Of a stretch of 64,000 nucleotides of DNA, positions 20,618-28,916 are shown piece by piece. Every line of letters begins with the position of its first letter. The first letter of the stretch is position 1. The DNA lies in NCBI GenBank assembly GCA_003598025.1, contig QZKH01000003.1, positions 503,221-567,220 of the forward strand, given 5' to 3'. The stretch comes from Candidatus Omnitrophota bacterium. Its GTDB lineage: Bacteria; Omnitrophota; Gorgyraeia; Gygaellales; Profunditerraquicolaceae. The notes beneath the pieces are model-generated. The model was given only the letters and a program-made list of their open reading frames with translations, had not been told where the DNA came from and made no database searches. A program made the position numbers and the translations under genes.

Positions 20618-22150
20618 ATGCTTACAAAACGCAAAAAACAAATATTAGACTTCCTGAAAGACTATATAAATAAACATCGCTATTCGCCCTCCCTAGAAGA
20701 AATAAAAAAACATTTCCGATTATCTTCTGTAGCCACGATTCATTACCATATACGCCAATTACAAGAGATGGGGTATTTAGACAAAATGAATAACCATCCT
20801 AGAACAATAGATGTCTCAATGGAACAAAAGTTAATACGAATTCCGATTCTTGGTACTATTGCGGCCGGGCAACCCATTGAGGTAATTGAAAACAAAGAAA
20901 GCATCGCCATCCCCCAAAGCAAAATTAATTCTAACGATGAATATTTTGCATTACGAGTAATTGGAAATAGCATGATAGATGAAAATATAAATGAAGGGGA
21001 TATTATCTTAGTAAGAAGACAATCAGTAGCTGAAAATGGACAAAAGATAGTTGCGCTTATTGATAATTATAAAGCGACTCTAAAAAAATTCTATAAAGAA
21101 AGAGGACATATTAGACTTCAGCCTGCAAATAAATTCCTTGAGCCAATTATTATAGATAAGAAGAGCGAATTTGTTATACAAGGCGCAGTAGTTGATGTTA
21201 TAAAGAATACTGCCTCCGAACCCCTAACTATTACACCTCCAATTAAAGATAAGCCCAAAAAACATGATAAATTGCCCTTAAACAAAATTATTTGTGGGGA
21301 TGCCCTTGAAGAGATTAGAAAGATTCCGGATGAATCCTGTCATGTTATTATTGCTGATCCTCCTTATAATATTGGTAAAGATTTCGGCAATAACCTAGAT
21401 AAAAGAGATTTGGGAGAATATATTGCATGGTGTAAAACTTGGATTAATGAATGCGCCAGAATAATGAAACCCCGCGCTACAATGTTTATCTATGGATTCA
21501 GCGAAATCTTAGCTTATTTATCTGTTGAGATTCCCCTAAACCGGAGATGGCTAATTTGGCATTATACTAATAAAAACGTGGCCTCTCTCCAATTCTGGCA
21601 AAGGAGCCATGAAGCAATTATCTCTTGCTGGAAAGATGATCCTGTTTTCAATAGGGATGATGTACGAGAACCTTATACTGAAGGATTCTTAAATGGAGCG
21701 GCTGGCAAAGTTAGGGCAGGAACCGCAGGACGATTTAGCCGAAATGGAAAAGAAACTATTTATAAAGCGCATGAAGCGGGAGCGTTGCCTAGAGATGTTA
21801 TTAAAATCCCTGCATTAGCCGGAGGCGCTGGCATGACCGAACGATGGTTTTTATGCAAAACCTGTGATAACGTTTTTAAGCCAGATGCCCTTAAGAAACA
21901 TATTAACCATGATATAATAAAACACCCAACACAAAAACCTTTGGAGCTCTCGGGAAAGCTAATTAAGTCATCGATACCTAAGAATGGCGGCATAGTATTG
22001 GCTCCTTTTGCCGGGGTAGGCTCGGAATGCGTAGCAGCTAAACAACTTGGACTAGCTTACATCGGAATTGAGCTTAATCCTGAGTATATTAGGATTGCAA
22101 ATAAAAGGTTGGATAGTATTGAAGTGCAGGATACCCTCAAATTATTCTAA
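20618..22150 (+). CDS. lexA: LexA repressor fused to beta-class N6/N4 DNA methyltransferase
   Basis: LexA wHTH (PSLEEI), AAG cleavage site, GNSM Ser, TLKK Lys; then DPPY, HPTQKP, PFAGVGS. Confidence 0.9.
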   Translation: MLTKRKKQILDFLKDYINKHRYSPSLEEIKKHFRLSSVATIHYHIRQLQEMGYLDKMNNHPRTIDVSMEQKLIRIPILGTIAAGQPIEVIENKESIAIPQSKINSNDEYFALRVIGNSMIDENINEGDIILVRRQSVAENGQKIVALIDNYKATLKKFYKERGHIRLQPANKFLEPIIIDKKSEFVIQGAVVDVIKNTASEPLTITPPIKDKPKKHDKLPLNKIICGDALEEIRKIPDESCHVIIADPPYNIGKDFGNNLDKRDLGEYIAWCKTWINECARIMKPRATMFIYGFSEILAYLSVEIPLNRRWLIWHYTNKNVASLQFWQRSHEAIISCWKDDPVFNRDDVREPYTEGFLNGAAGKVRAGTAGRFSRNGKETIYKAHEAGALPRDVIKIPALAGGAGMTERWFLCKTCDNVFKPDALKKHINHDIIKHPTQKPLELSGKLIKSSIPKNGGIVLAPFAGVGSECVAAKQLGLAYIGIELNPEYIRIANKRLDSIEVQDTLKLF

Positions 22151-22848
22151 TCGTAAAGCGCCTTCTCTTCTTCAAAAATTGTTGGCGTAAAAACTGTAAA
22201 ACCATTTTTTAGAATCTTGATCTTCCCTGTATCTAACCAATCAGCCTTAAACTCACTATAAGCCTTTTTAAACCCACCCTTCTTTTTATTAGGATCTAGA
22301 AGCATGTCAAAATTTGGAACTTTGTAGACGATTTTAATAAATTTTCCATAAAGTTGCTTTTTGGGCTTCTTTTCCGCCCTTACCTCTCTGCTAAAAGTCT
22401 CTTTTTTAACCTGGTAATTCAACTTTTTCCCTTTATAAGTAACTCTAAAGTCAGCTCCTTGATGATCTAATTCTGAAGACATCTCTACAGATTTTTCTCC
22501 AAAAACCGCTTCGGCTACGTAACCAGCATGAATTTGAGTAATAATACTCGCCCAAGTACGGTAAATCCTCGCAGGCAGACCTTTATAAAAACAGGTTTTG
22601 CACATTTGGGTCTTATTACGAAACAATTCTAGATTCTTACGGTATAGTTTCCTATATTCTTCATAGAACTGCTCGTAAGAGATAACCTTTCTTTTATCCC
22701 AATATATCTTATAAAGCAAATCTAATGCCTGGATTTCTCTAGGTAAATCCATTTCAACTATTTTAATGGGCATGAATTTCTTACGATAGTTGCCCAAATC
22801 AACAATCTCTAAAAACTTTTCAAATTGCTCGTTGTCCATTTTAGCCAT
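22147..22848 (-). CDS. Type II restriction endonuclease, TaqI-family-like
   Basis: KIVEMDLP, ARIYRTWAS, GAD...QVKK catalytic pattern; convergent and overlapping with the MTase, downstream of a controller. Confidence 0.7.
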   Translation of the reverse strand: MAKMDNEQFEKFLEIVDLGNYRKKFMPIKIVEMDLPREIQALDLLYKIYWDKRKVISYEQFYEEYRKLYRKNLELFRNKTQMCKTCFYKGLPARIYRTWASIITQIHAGYVAEAVFGEKSVEMSSELDHQGADFRVTYKGKKLNYQVKKETFSREVRAEKKPKKQLYGKFIKIVYKVPNFDMLLDPNKKKGGFKKAYSEFKADWLDTGKIKILKNGFTVFTPTIFEEEKALYD

Positions 22849-22857
22849 ATTTTCTCA

Positions 22858-23067
22858 CTATAATAATTCTTTTACAGAAACATTAAGCGCTTTTGCAAGC
22901 TTAGCGATATTCTTAAGCGCAACGTTTCTTTTCCCGCATTCAATCTGTCCAATATATGTCCGGTGTAAATCGGCTAATTCCGCAAGTTTCTCTTGGGAGA
23001 GATTCTTCTTGAGGCGATATTTACGCACCTTAGCACCAAATTGTTCTAGAATTAATGCCATATTCAT
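22858..23067 (-). CDS. XRE-family HTH, probable R-M controller (C) protein
   Basis: LSQEKLAELADLHRTYIGQIECGKRN directly upstream of the REase. Confidence 0.85.
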   Translation of the reverse strand: MNMALILEQFGAKVRKYRLKKNLSQEKLAELADLHRTYIGQIECGKRNVALKNIAKLAKALNVSVKELL

Positions 23068-23156
23068 CTTTCCTTTATTGACAATATTATATAATTATGT
23101 TATATTTAAGTCTACAGAATCCGAGTAACATTATTATAAACAAAAAATGTTCCCTC

Positions 23157-23280
23157 CCCTAAAATTTTCGCCAGTTTTTTGAAAAGATAGCGCCAGGCGG
23201 GGCGCGGGGTGGGGGCCGCGCCCCGCCCAAGCATTTTCTGAAGCACTGAACGCAAGAGGCGGGGCAAAGCGCCGTCCGTA
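23157..23280 (-). repeat. Right arm of inverted repeat bracketing the defence cassette
   Basis: Reverse complement of 16273-16397. Confidence 0.92.
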
Positions 23281-23716
23281 TAGTTTTAGCTTGTATCAGG
23301 CGCTGCGGCCGAGCTTCTTCCTAAAAAAATTTTGTTTTTAAGGGCTAAATTGAGCTAAAGCGAGGACGCACGCCGCGACCCTGGATTTTTTTATTGTTGT
23401 AGCGACGAGCCACGCCGAACACGCACTGCATTACCACGAAGCGAGCGGCCCAGCGAGCGCCATTGCCCGCTCAATGTGGGAGCGCCCCCCCAGGGCGCGG
23501 TGCATTTAAGCTGTTTCCTTAGAGGCCGGCTTTACCCCGGTATTAGAAAACAAAAACGGCAAGAGGCGGGGCAGAGTTTAGATATAGCAGCTGAGGTTCT
23601 TTCCGGGAAAATTTTGTTTGCAGGGCGCGGGGATAAGGAGATGTTTCAGGGCTTTACCCCGGGATGCACCTTGCCCAAAAGGATGGGCAAGTGCCCGGCT
23701 TTCTGCCGGGAGTTTC

Positions 23717-25594
23717 TCAGGGACGAAAATGCTTTCGATCTATCGGATACAAGGACCCCATTTCTAAATGGGGTCCCATAAGTTCCCCTGTGCGAACACC
23801 TAGATTGCTATAATACTTTTTACCTGAACCGGCTAACGGAACCCCGTCGCACGAGGAAGTTTCTCTTTTCTTATAAGCTTTTGTTCCAAACTTGCCACTA
23901 ATCTCTTCTAAAGCTTTATTATTATAACACTCATCGGCTATTTTTTGTAACGTTTTATTCCATATTTCAGCATTTTGACCTCTACTAAAAGGACGACCGA
24001 ATAACCCGATCTTGAGCTTGCCAATCCCTTTTTTCTTGTCAGCGATTTCGCAGATAACCGAATTAATTATTCTTGGTAAAATTGCCTGAATACGCTCCCT
24101 ATTATTTTTATTCATCATATAAAAATCTTCAAATAACTGTAATGTCATAATGTAGTCATGAGCTGTCCCGGCCTGTACCTTTTCTGCTTGAATTTCTGAT
24201 TTCAGTCTGTTTTCTTCTAAAACTAGCTCAGACTCATCTTGATTTAAAGTCCCTAGTTTCTCCTTAACCATATCGATTCCTGCCAGCCCTTTATCTGTGA
24301 GTATATCCACTAAATTTGCAATTTTTGTACGAATATCTTTTAGGCTTGCCTGAACTCTATCCAAATCTTCTTCCAAAATTCCTATTGTTGATGCAGTTGC
24401 CTGGTTTGCTTTTTTTACGATTTCGGCGATATTCTCCGGATCTAAATGTAAATTCCGCAGCACCTCGATGATTGCATCGTCTACAGCATCTGCAGCCAAA
24501 AGATTAACTTCTCCACAATCAATACCATTAGTCTTAAATGCTTTCATGCACATATAATAGGGATAATATTTACCGCCTTTACCGGTAGCCGGCCTTGTAA
24601 TCATGGTCGACCCGCAATTACTACATTTAAGCAGGCTTTTGGTAAGGTAAACGTAATTACGATTTGAGCCATTGGGACCGTGATTGGTTGTTCTGTTTCT
24701 TTTTAAGACCGCTTGGATTGTTTTATGAACATCCTCACTCCTTATGGGTTCCCAGTTCCCGGTATAAATCTGACCATTGTGCTCCTGCTTTGCAATATAG
24801 CGAATATTCTGAAGAATACGCGATACTTGAGGTTTTGAATATGTTTTCCCATGTTTAGATTTATAACCTTTTTGGTGCAAAATATCAACAACCTTACCTG
24901 CACTTTTCACTCTCAGGTATAATTGATCAATAAATTCAACATGCTTTCTATAAACAGGATCGGGCACATAGGTAGTCTTACCATTAATATCTTTATTTGT
25001 TCGATAACCTAATGGTGGCGGACCTATTGGCCGGCCCTGATTAAGATGTCTTATAACAGTTTCTAAACTATATTGCGATATCCGTTCTGCTTGCCATTGG
25101 GCAAGATTAGCGTGATTACGCATAATCATCTGCCCGTCAGGCGTTGATGTATCTATATCAAGATCTAGACAGACAAGCGCAACCTCATTCTCGTTAAATT
25201 CAGCTGAAATATCTATATAGTCTCTTGTGTTTCTTGCTATACGATCCAGTTTTGTTACTACAACAACATCAATAAGCCTTAATTTAGCAAGTTCAAGGGC
25301 TTTAGCTAATCCTCTTCTGCCTTCACGCTTTGTTGCAGTGCGCCCTTTTCTCTGTCCGTCCGGGCCTTCGTTTTCTACGAATATATCGATAAGCTCCCAT
25401 TTTTGAGGCGCATGCAGACTTGATTTAGACTTCACCCAATTCTTAAGGACTTCTTTCTGATGATCTAATGATTCGCCTATCTTCTGCGCCTGCTTGTCTG
25501 TTGAAACGCGGGCAATGCCAAAAACACGGACAACCTTTGCATCCTTAAAGCTATAAACAGTTGTAACTCTTCTCCAAGATATCTTTTCAGCCAT
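23717..25594 (-). CDS. Large serine recombinase (integrase)
   Basis: ARVST catalytic Ser, KLDRIAR, recombinase domain PPLGY, zinc ribbon CSNC...YYMC...C, coiled coil. Confidence 0.93.
   Translation of the reverse strand: MAEKISWRRVTTVYSFKDAKVVRVFGIARVSTDKQAQKIGESLDHQKEVLKNWVKSKSSLHAPQKWELIDIFVENEGPDGQRKGRTATKREGRRGLAKALELAKLRLIDVVVVTKLDRIARNTRDYIDISAEFNENEVALVCLDLDIDTSTPDGQMIMRNHANLAQWQAERISQYSLETVIRHLNQGRPIGPPPLGYRTNKDINGKTTYVPDPVYRKHVEFIDQLYLRVKSAGKVVDILHQKGYKSKHGKTYSKPQVSRILQNIRYIAKQEHNGQIYTGNWEPIRSEDVHKTIQAVLKRNRTTNHGPNGSNRNYVYLTKSLLKCSNCGSTMITRPATGKGGKYYPYYMCMKAFKTNGIDCGEVNLLAADAVDDAIIEVLRNLHLDPENIAEIVKKANQATASTIGILEEDLDRVQASLKDIRTKIANLVDILTDKGLAGIDMVKEKLGTLNQDESELVLEENRLKSEIQAEKVQAGTAHDYIMTLQLFEDFYMMNKNNRERIQAILPRIINSVICEIADKKKGIGKLKIGLFGRPFSRGQNAEIWNKTLQKIADECYNNKALEEISGKFGTKAYKKRETSSCDGVPLAGSGKKYYSNLGVRTGELMGPHLEMGSLYPIDRKHFRP
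23753..23776. repeat. Perfect palindrome, candidate recombinase crossover site
   Basis: GGACCCCATTT-CT-AAATGGGGTCC (11-bp arms, 2-bp core). Confidence 0.55.
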
Positions 25595-25636
25595 AACCTC
25601 CCCTACTTTCGTTTGGGTAACATTATAGCATTTATT

Positions 25637-25891
25637 CTATTCATTGCAATCTTTTTTATTTCCATAAATATCTCTGCTGGTTTCCCGACATGACTCTGCC
25701 CAAAGCAATCCAAAGATTTCATTAAAATCTCTTATCCTGTCTTCGTCTGATAATTGCGTATAGGGATTACTTGGATTAACATACAGTTCAGGAGCAGAGC
25801 TGGCGTCACAGATTTCAATCTTAAAAGACCGAATCACTTTTCCAGCATGTTTTTTTTGTTTTATCTTATCAGACTTATCCACAGAATTCAC
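25637..25891 (-). CDS. Small hypothetical protein upstream of the recombinase
   Basis: 84-aa ORF, GTG start, co-oriented with the integrase. Confidence 0.55.
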   Translation of the reverse strand: MNSVDKSDKIKQKKHAGKVIRSFKIEICDASSAPELYVNPSNPYTQLSDEDRIRDFNEIFGLLWAESCRETSRDIYGNKKDCNE

Positions 25892-25943
25892 AGCCTCATT
25901 TCTTTACTACTATTTCTTTAATATTTTCTTTAAAAGCTTTACA

Positions 25944-26006
25944 GGGGTTAGTTGACCCCCAAAAATAGGGGCTAATTCACCCCTTATGTGGGGGTAATTT
26001 GGCCCC
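25944..26006. repeat. Three iteron-like GGGG-N8-CCCC repeats next to an AT-rich tract
   Basis: ggggttagttgacccc (25944), ggggctaattcacccc (25968), ggggtaatttggcccc (25991). Confidence 0.7.
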
Positions 26007-26339
26007 TTCGATATTACGAGTTTTCCACAGCTGCCAGGTTGTGTGATTCGGATTTAAAGCAAGTCTGTTTTTACGGCCATCCTTGCTTTTGATAATGACC
26101 TTGGACTGAATAAGCAGATTGATCGTTCTTCTGACATTGCGCTTGTTGAGATTTGTCTCTTTTGCGATATAGCCGTAACTAAGAAGCTTGTTTTCTTTAT
26201 GCCAGCCGCTGGTCATCCGGATTACAAAAATAATAACCCGGATCTCTGTGCCATTGAAAGGCGACCTGTAAATAGCGCGCAAAACATTATTAGAGATCTT
26301 TGTGTAGCCCCCAATATTCTGAAATAAAGTTTCTGTCAT
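25977..26339 (-). CDS. Lambda O-like replication initiator, N-terminal domain only (probably truncated)
   Basis: GYTKISNNVLRAI...EIRVIIFVIRMTSGWHK...wHTH; stops inside the iteron array. Confidence 0.75.
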   Translation of the reverse strand: MTETLFQNIGGYTKISNNVLRAIYRSPFNGTEIRVIIFVIRMTSGWHKENKLLSYGYIAKETNLNKRNVRRTINLLIQSKVIIKSKDGRKNRLALNPNHTTWQLWKTRNIEGAKLPPHKG

Positions 26340-26351
26340 AGTAAAAGGCAA

Positions 26352-26402
26352 CAAAAAAGGGGCTGGCATTCCTGAGAGTTTCCTCAGAAACACCAGCCCC
26401 TT
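26352..26402 (-). terminator. Terminator-like hairpin in initiator leader
   Basis: AAGGGGCTGG...CCAGCCCCTT stem + T-tract; TTGACA-N16-TATAAT upstream at 26463-26490. Confidence 0.65.
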
Positions 26403-26545
26403 GGTTCTTCAATAGGACTGTCTTACATTACTACCGAATTGTCAGATCCTGCTTCTTAAAAAATTATACACTATACTTCGATATTGTCAAGATTTTTTAG
26501 GAACAAGTCTAACAAGTTTAAATGCAGAAATCTTTTTATAATAAA

Positions 26546-26725
26546 TTACTCGGCGTTAAATGAATCTTTCCTCCGGATTCTCCGTATCTCTTCCTTAAAG
26601 GGTGCAACATCTACGGCTTTCTCTTCTTTGATTAATACCGGGACTCCATCTTCAAAGTTTATTTTGATAGAGCCAAAAAAGCGCCCCTTAACCAATGAAT
26701 CCAAATAATTATTTAATTTCTCCAT
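26546..26725 (-). CDS. Small DUF2292/YezD-like protein (59 aa, below ORF-track cutoff)
   Basis: Read by hand: MEKLNNYLDSLVKGRFFGSIKINFEDGVPVLIKEEKAVD... Confidence 0.6.
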   Translation of the reverse strand: MEKLNNYLDSLVKGRFFGSIKINFEDGVPVLIKEEKAVDVAPFKEEIRRIRRKDSFNAE

Positions 26726-26850
26726 TTATTTAGCCAAATCCTTCATAACCTCTTCTTCTGCTTTATATTAACCAATGTGCGGTTTTGCTACATAACGTTG
26801 TAATTCCGCACATTTTATGGTATACTTTAAGTAGAAATAAGTCAGAAAAA

Positions 26851-26957
26851 GGTTTAAGTCGATAATAGCAAACCATTCGAAAGAATGGGGCGCAAAGCTA
26901 TAGAGCCTAACTTCCGGGGGATACCCGGGATAAGGCAGTCAGTTGCCGAAGTTAAAC
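26851..26957 (+). ncRNA. GEMM-I (c-di-GMP-I family) riboswitch, A20 variant
   Basis: AATAGCAAACCATTC-GAAA-GAATGGGGCGCAAAGC...GCCTAA...GGCAGTCAGTTGCCGAA matches GEMM-I P2/P3 consensus; extended -10 TGGTATACT just upstream. Confidence 0.88.
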
Positions 26958-26971
26958 TTTTTTTCTTTTGT

Positions 26972-27012
26972 GCCCCATTCTTCTGAAAAGAGAAGCAGAA
27001 TGGGGCGTTTTT
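26972..27012 (+). terminator. Riboswitch expression-platform terminator
   Basis: GCCCCATTC...GAATGGGGC-GTTTTT; the 5' arm can also pair with aptamer GAATGGGGC (26883-26891). Confidence 0.8.
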
Positions 27013-27037
27013 GTCTTTAGTATCAGAAGGAGCTCTA

Positions 27038-27613
27038 ATGAAACCTAAGTATGGAGTACTCATAGTCGATGATGATACGGCGCTTGCCCAGGATGCCAAG
27101 GAAAACCTTGAGCATGCAACAGAGGTTGATCTTGAGGTGGATATCTGTCCTGACAGCACCCAGGTAATCCCCTGCCTGAGCAAGAAAAGCAAACACTATG
27201 ACGTAGTGCTCTTAGATATCAAAATGCCTAAATTAACCGGCGCAGAAGTTCTCCAGCTCATCAAAAAGAAATTCCCCGATATCCATGTTATTATCATTTC
27301 AGCTTACATGGATGAATACAACCAAGATGAATTCATCCGCCTGGGCGCTTATCATGTGTTTCAAAAACCATGCGACTTTCACAAAGTAAAAGAATTTATT
27401 AAACGCGCAATCGATGACATTGAAATAACCACTGTAAGAGTAAAGGGCCTTGACCTAAGAAGAGCTCTGTACCAGGTCTCTAAAGAAATTATCTTTAAAG
27501 CATTAAGGCGCAATGACTGGCACGTGGAGAAAACCTCAAAGGATCTTAATATCACGCGCTGGTGCCTGGACCGCTGGATGAAGAAACTCTATATCAAAAA
27601 ACCGGCTCTTTAA
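27038..27613 (+). CDS. Response regulator, receiver + Fis-type HTH (no AAA domain)
   Basis: LIVDDD, LLDIKMP, QKP; C-terminal ALRRNDWHVEKTSKDLNITRWCLDRWMKK; ATG after AGGAG. Confidence 0.88.
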   Translation: MKPKYGVLIVDDDTALAQDAKENLEHATEVDLEVDICPDSTQVIPCLSKKSKHYDVVLLDIKMPKLTGAEVLQLIKKKFPDIHVIIISAYMDEYNQDEFIRLGAYHVFQKPCDFHKVKEFIKRAIDDIEITTVRVKGLDLRRALYQVSKEIIFKALRRNDWHVEKTSKDLNITRWCLDRWMKKLYIKKPAL

Positions 27614-27682
27614 AACTTTTGATATAGTATAACATGGGTTTTTGGTTTAAACTGATTTCGAGGAAAAACAGCAAAAATGCCT

Positions 27683-27775
27683 ATGTGCGAAAATGCTACA
27701 AAGAAAGCGCTTTTTGAGCGAAAACGCACATTGCCTATGTTTAACGAGTTTGAGTTATGTAGCACTTTCGCACAT
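27683..27775. promoter_or_regulatory. Inverted pair of 18-bp operator-like motifs
   Basis: atgtgcgaaaatgctaca (27683-27700) and tgtagcactttcgcacat (27758-27775), 17/18 complementary. Confidence 0.6.
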
Positions 27776-27837
27776 TTTGATTTTTTAAAAAAAGATTAAA
27801 AATTATCTTGACAGGTTTTTAAAACCAGAGGTGAACC

Positions 27838-28122
27838 ATGGAAGAGATTGATTTCAATAACATTAAACTGGACGATACCGATAAGAAGACTTTTGACGAG
27901 ATAGAAAGGCTAACTGAGGCTAACAGTATAGGCGAAGCGCTAAGGTGTATTAACCACGCTGTAAACGGATATCTGCACAGGGCACTATTGGCGCTCGAGA
28001 ATCTTCAGAATGGGATTTTGGATACTGAGGAAAAGCGTAAGGAAGCCTTTACGAAAGTCATTCAGAATTCTCTTAAGGCGTCACTTGCGGCCAAAGAACT
28101 AAGAAAGTTCTACAATCTCTAA
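27838..28122 (+). CDS. Small helical protein with H-box-like motif (stand-alone DHp-like)
   Basis: LRCINHAVNGYLHRALLALENL; GAGGTG RBS. Confidence 0.6.
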   Translation: MEEIDFNNIKLDDTDKKTFDEIERLTEANSIGEALRCINHAVNGYLHRALLALENLQNGILDTEEKRKEAFTKVIQNSLKASLAAKELRKFYNL

Positions 28123-28149
28123 GTTGATTATAGCTTGATAAAACATATA

Positions 28150-28190
28150 TAAAAAGCAGTCCCGGAAGAGATTAATCCTCCGGGACTTTT
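28150..28190. terminator. Bidirectional terminator between convergent genes
   Basis: AAAAAGC-AGTCCCGGA...TCCGGGACT-TTT. Confidence 0.75.
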
Positions 28191-28238
28191 ACCGGATGTT
28201 GGCACCGGTCTCCCTCCGTGGCTGGTGGGAGTTTTATT

Positions 28239-28610
28239 CTATATGATCGCCGCTCTATTTACTAACTTATCAAGTTCATTAATATCCGGGGGTTTATTGA
28301 CATAGTGGAAAATGTTTAAGGTTTTCGTTTTCTGTTCTACTTCCTTATCAAATGGATCAGCGCTCATCATTATGACTGTTAATTCCTGATTGAACTCCCG
28401 TATTTTTTGCAAAAGCTCCATTCCATTCATTTCCGGCATCCTTCTGTCAAGCAACATGATTTTAAAAGCTCCTTCTTTTATCATCGTAAGAGCCTGACTT
28501 CCAGATGAGACAACTGATACATCATAACCAAGATCATCATAATGGAATCGCATGAACTCTCGAACGCCTTCATTGTCATCAACCACTAAAAGCTTAGTTT
28601 TCTTATTCAT
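28239..28610 (-). CDS. Single-domain response regulator
   Basis: LVVDDN, LLDRRMPEMNG, NKP. Confidence 0.9.
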   Translation of the reverse strand: MNKKTKLLVVDDNEGVREFMRFHYDDLGYDVSVVSSGSQALTMIKEGAFKIMLLDRRMPEMNGMELLQKIREFNQELTVIMMSADPFDKEVEQKTKTLNIFHYVNKPPDINELDKLVNRAAII

Positions 28611-28656
28611 TTAATTACCTCTTTTAGCTCAAACGCTATATCTGTCTCCCTTCTCT

Positions 28657-28896
28657 TTATTTTATCCTTGCATTCATATCCAACAATAAGTCTACCACCT
28701 CGGCAGCCACGGTGAATATAAAGAAATAAATTGCTCCCACTATAAGTGTAACCAACCCCATCCAACGCGGTGTTTCAGGTGTAGCCATACCAGCAAAGAT
28801 GATCAAGGCGCTGATCACACCTAATACTAAACCTATCCAAGCTAATGTTTTAAAAACCTTTGGCGCTATTGATAATACTTTGTAATCTCCGTACAT
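28657..28896 (-). CDS. Small two-TM membrane protein
   Basis: Two hydrophobic helices, GGAGG RBS, same operon as the giant gene. Confidence 0.75.
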   Translation of the reverse strand: MYGDYKVLSIAPKVFKTLAWIGLVLGVISALIIFAGMATPETPRWMGLVTLIVGAIYFFIFTVAAEVVDLLLDMNARIK

Positions 28897-28916
28897 TTTA
28901 CTGCCTCCTTTTCTGG

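Noticed and set aside
23476-23781. 101-aa plus-strand ORF
   Set aside because: Lies in GC-rich repeat and hairpin DNA, overlaps the integrase end, no recognisable motif
26854-27192. 112-aa minus-strand ORF
   Set aside because: Antisense to the riboswitch and the response regulator
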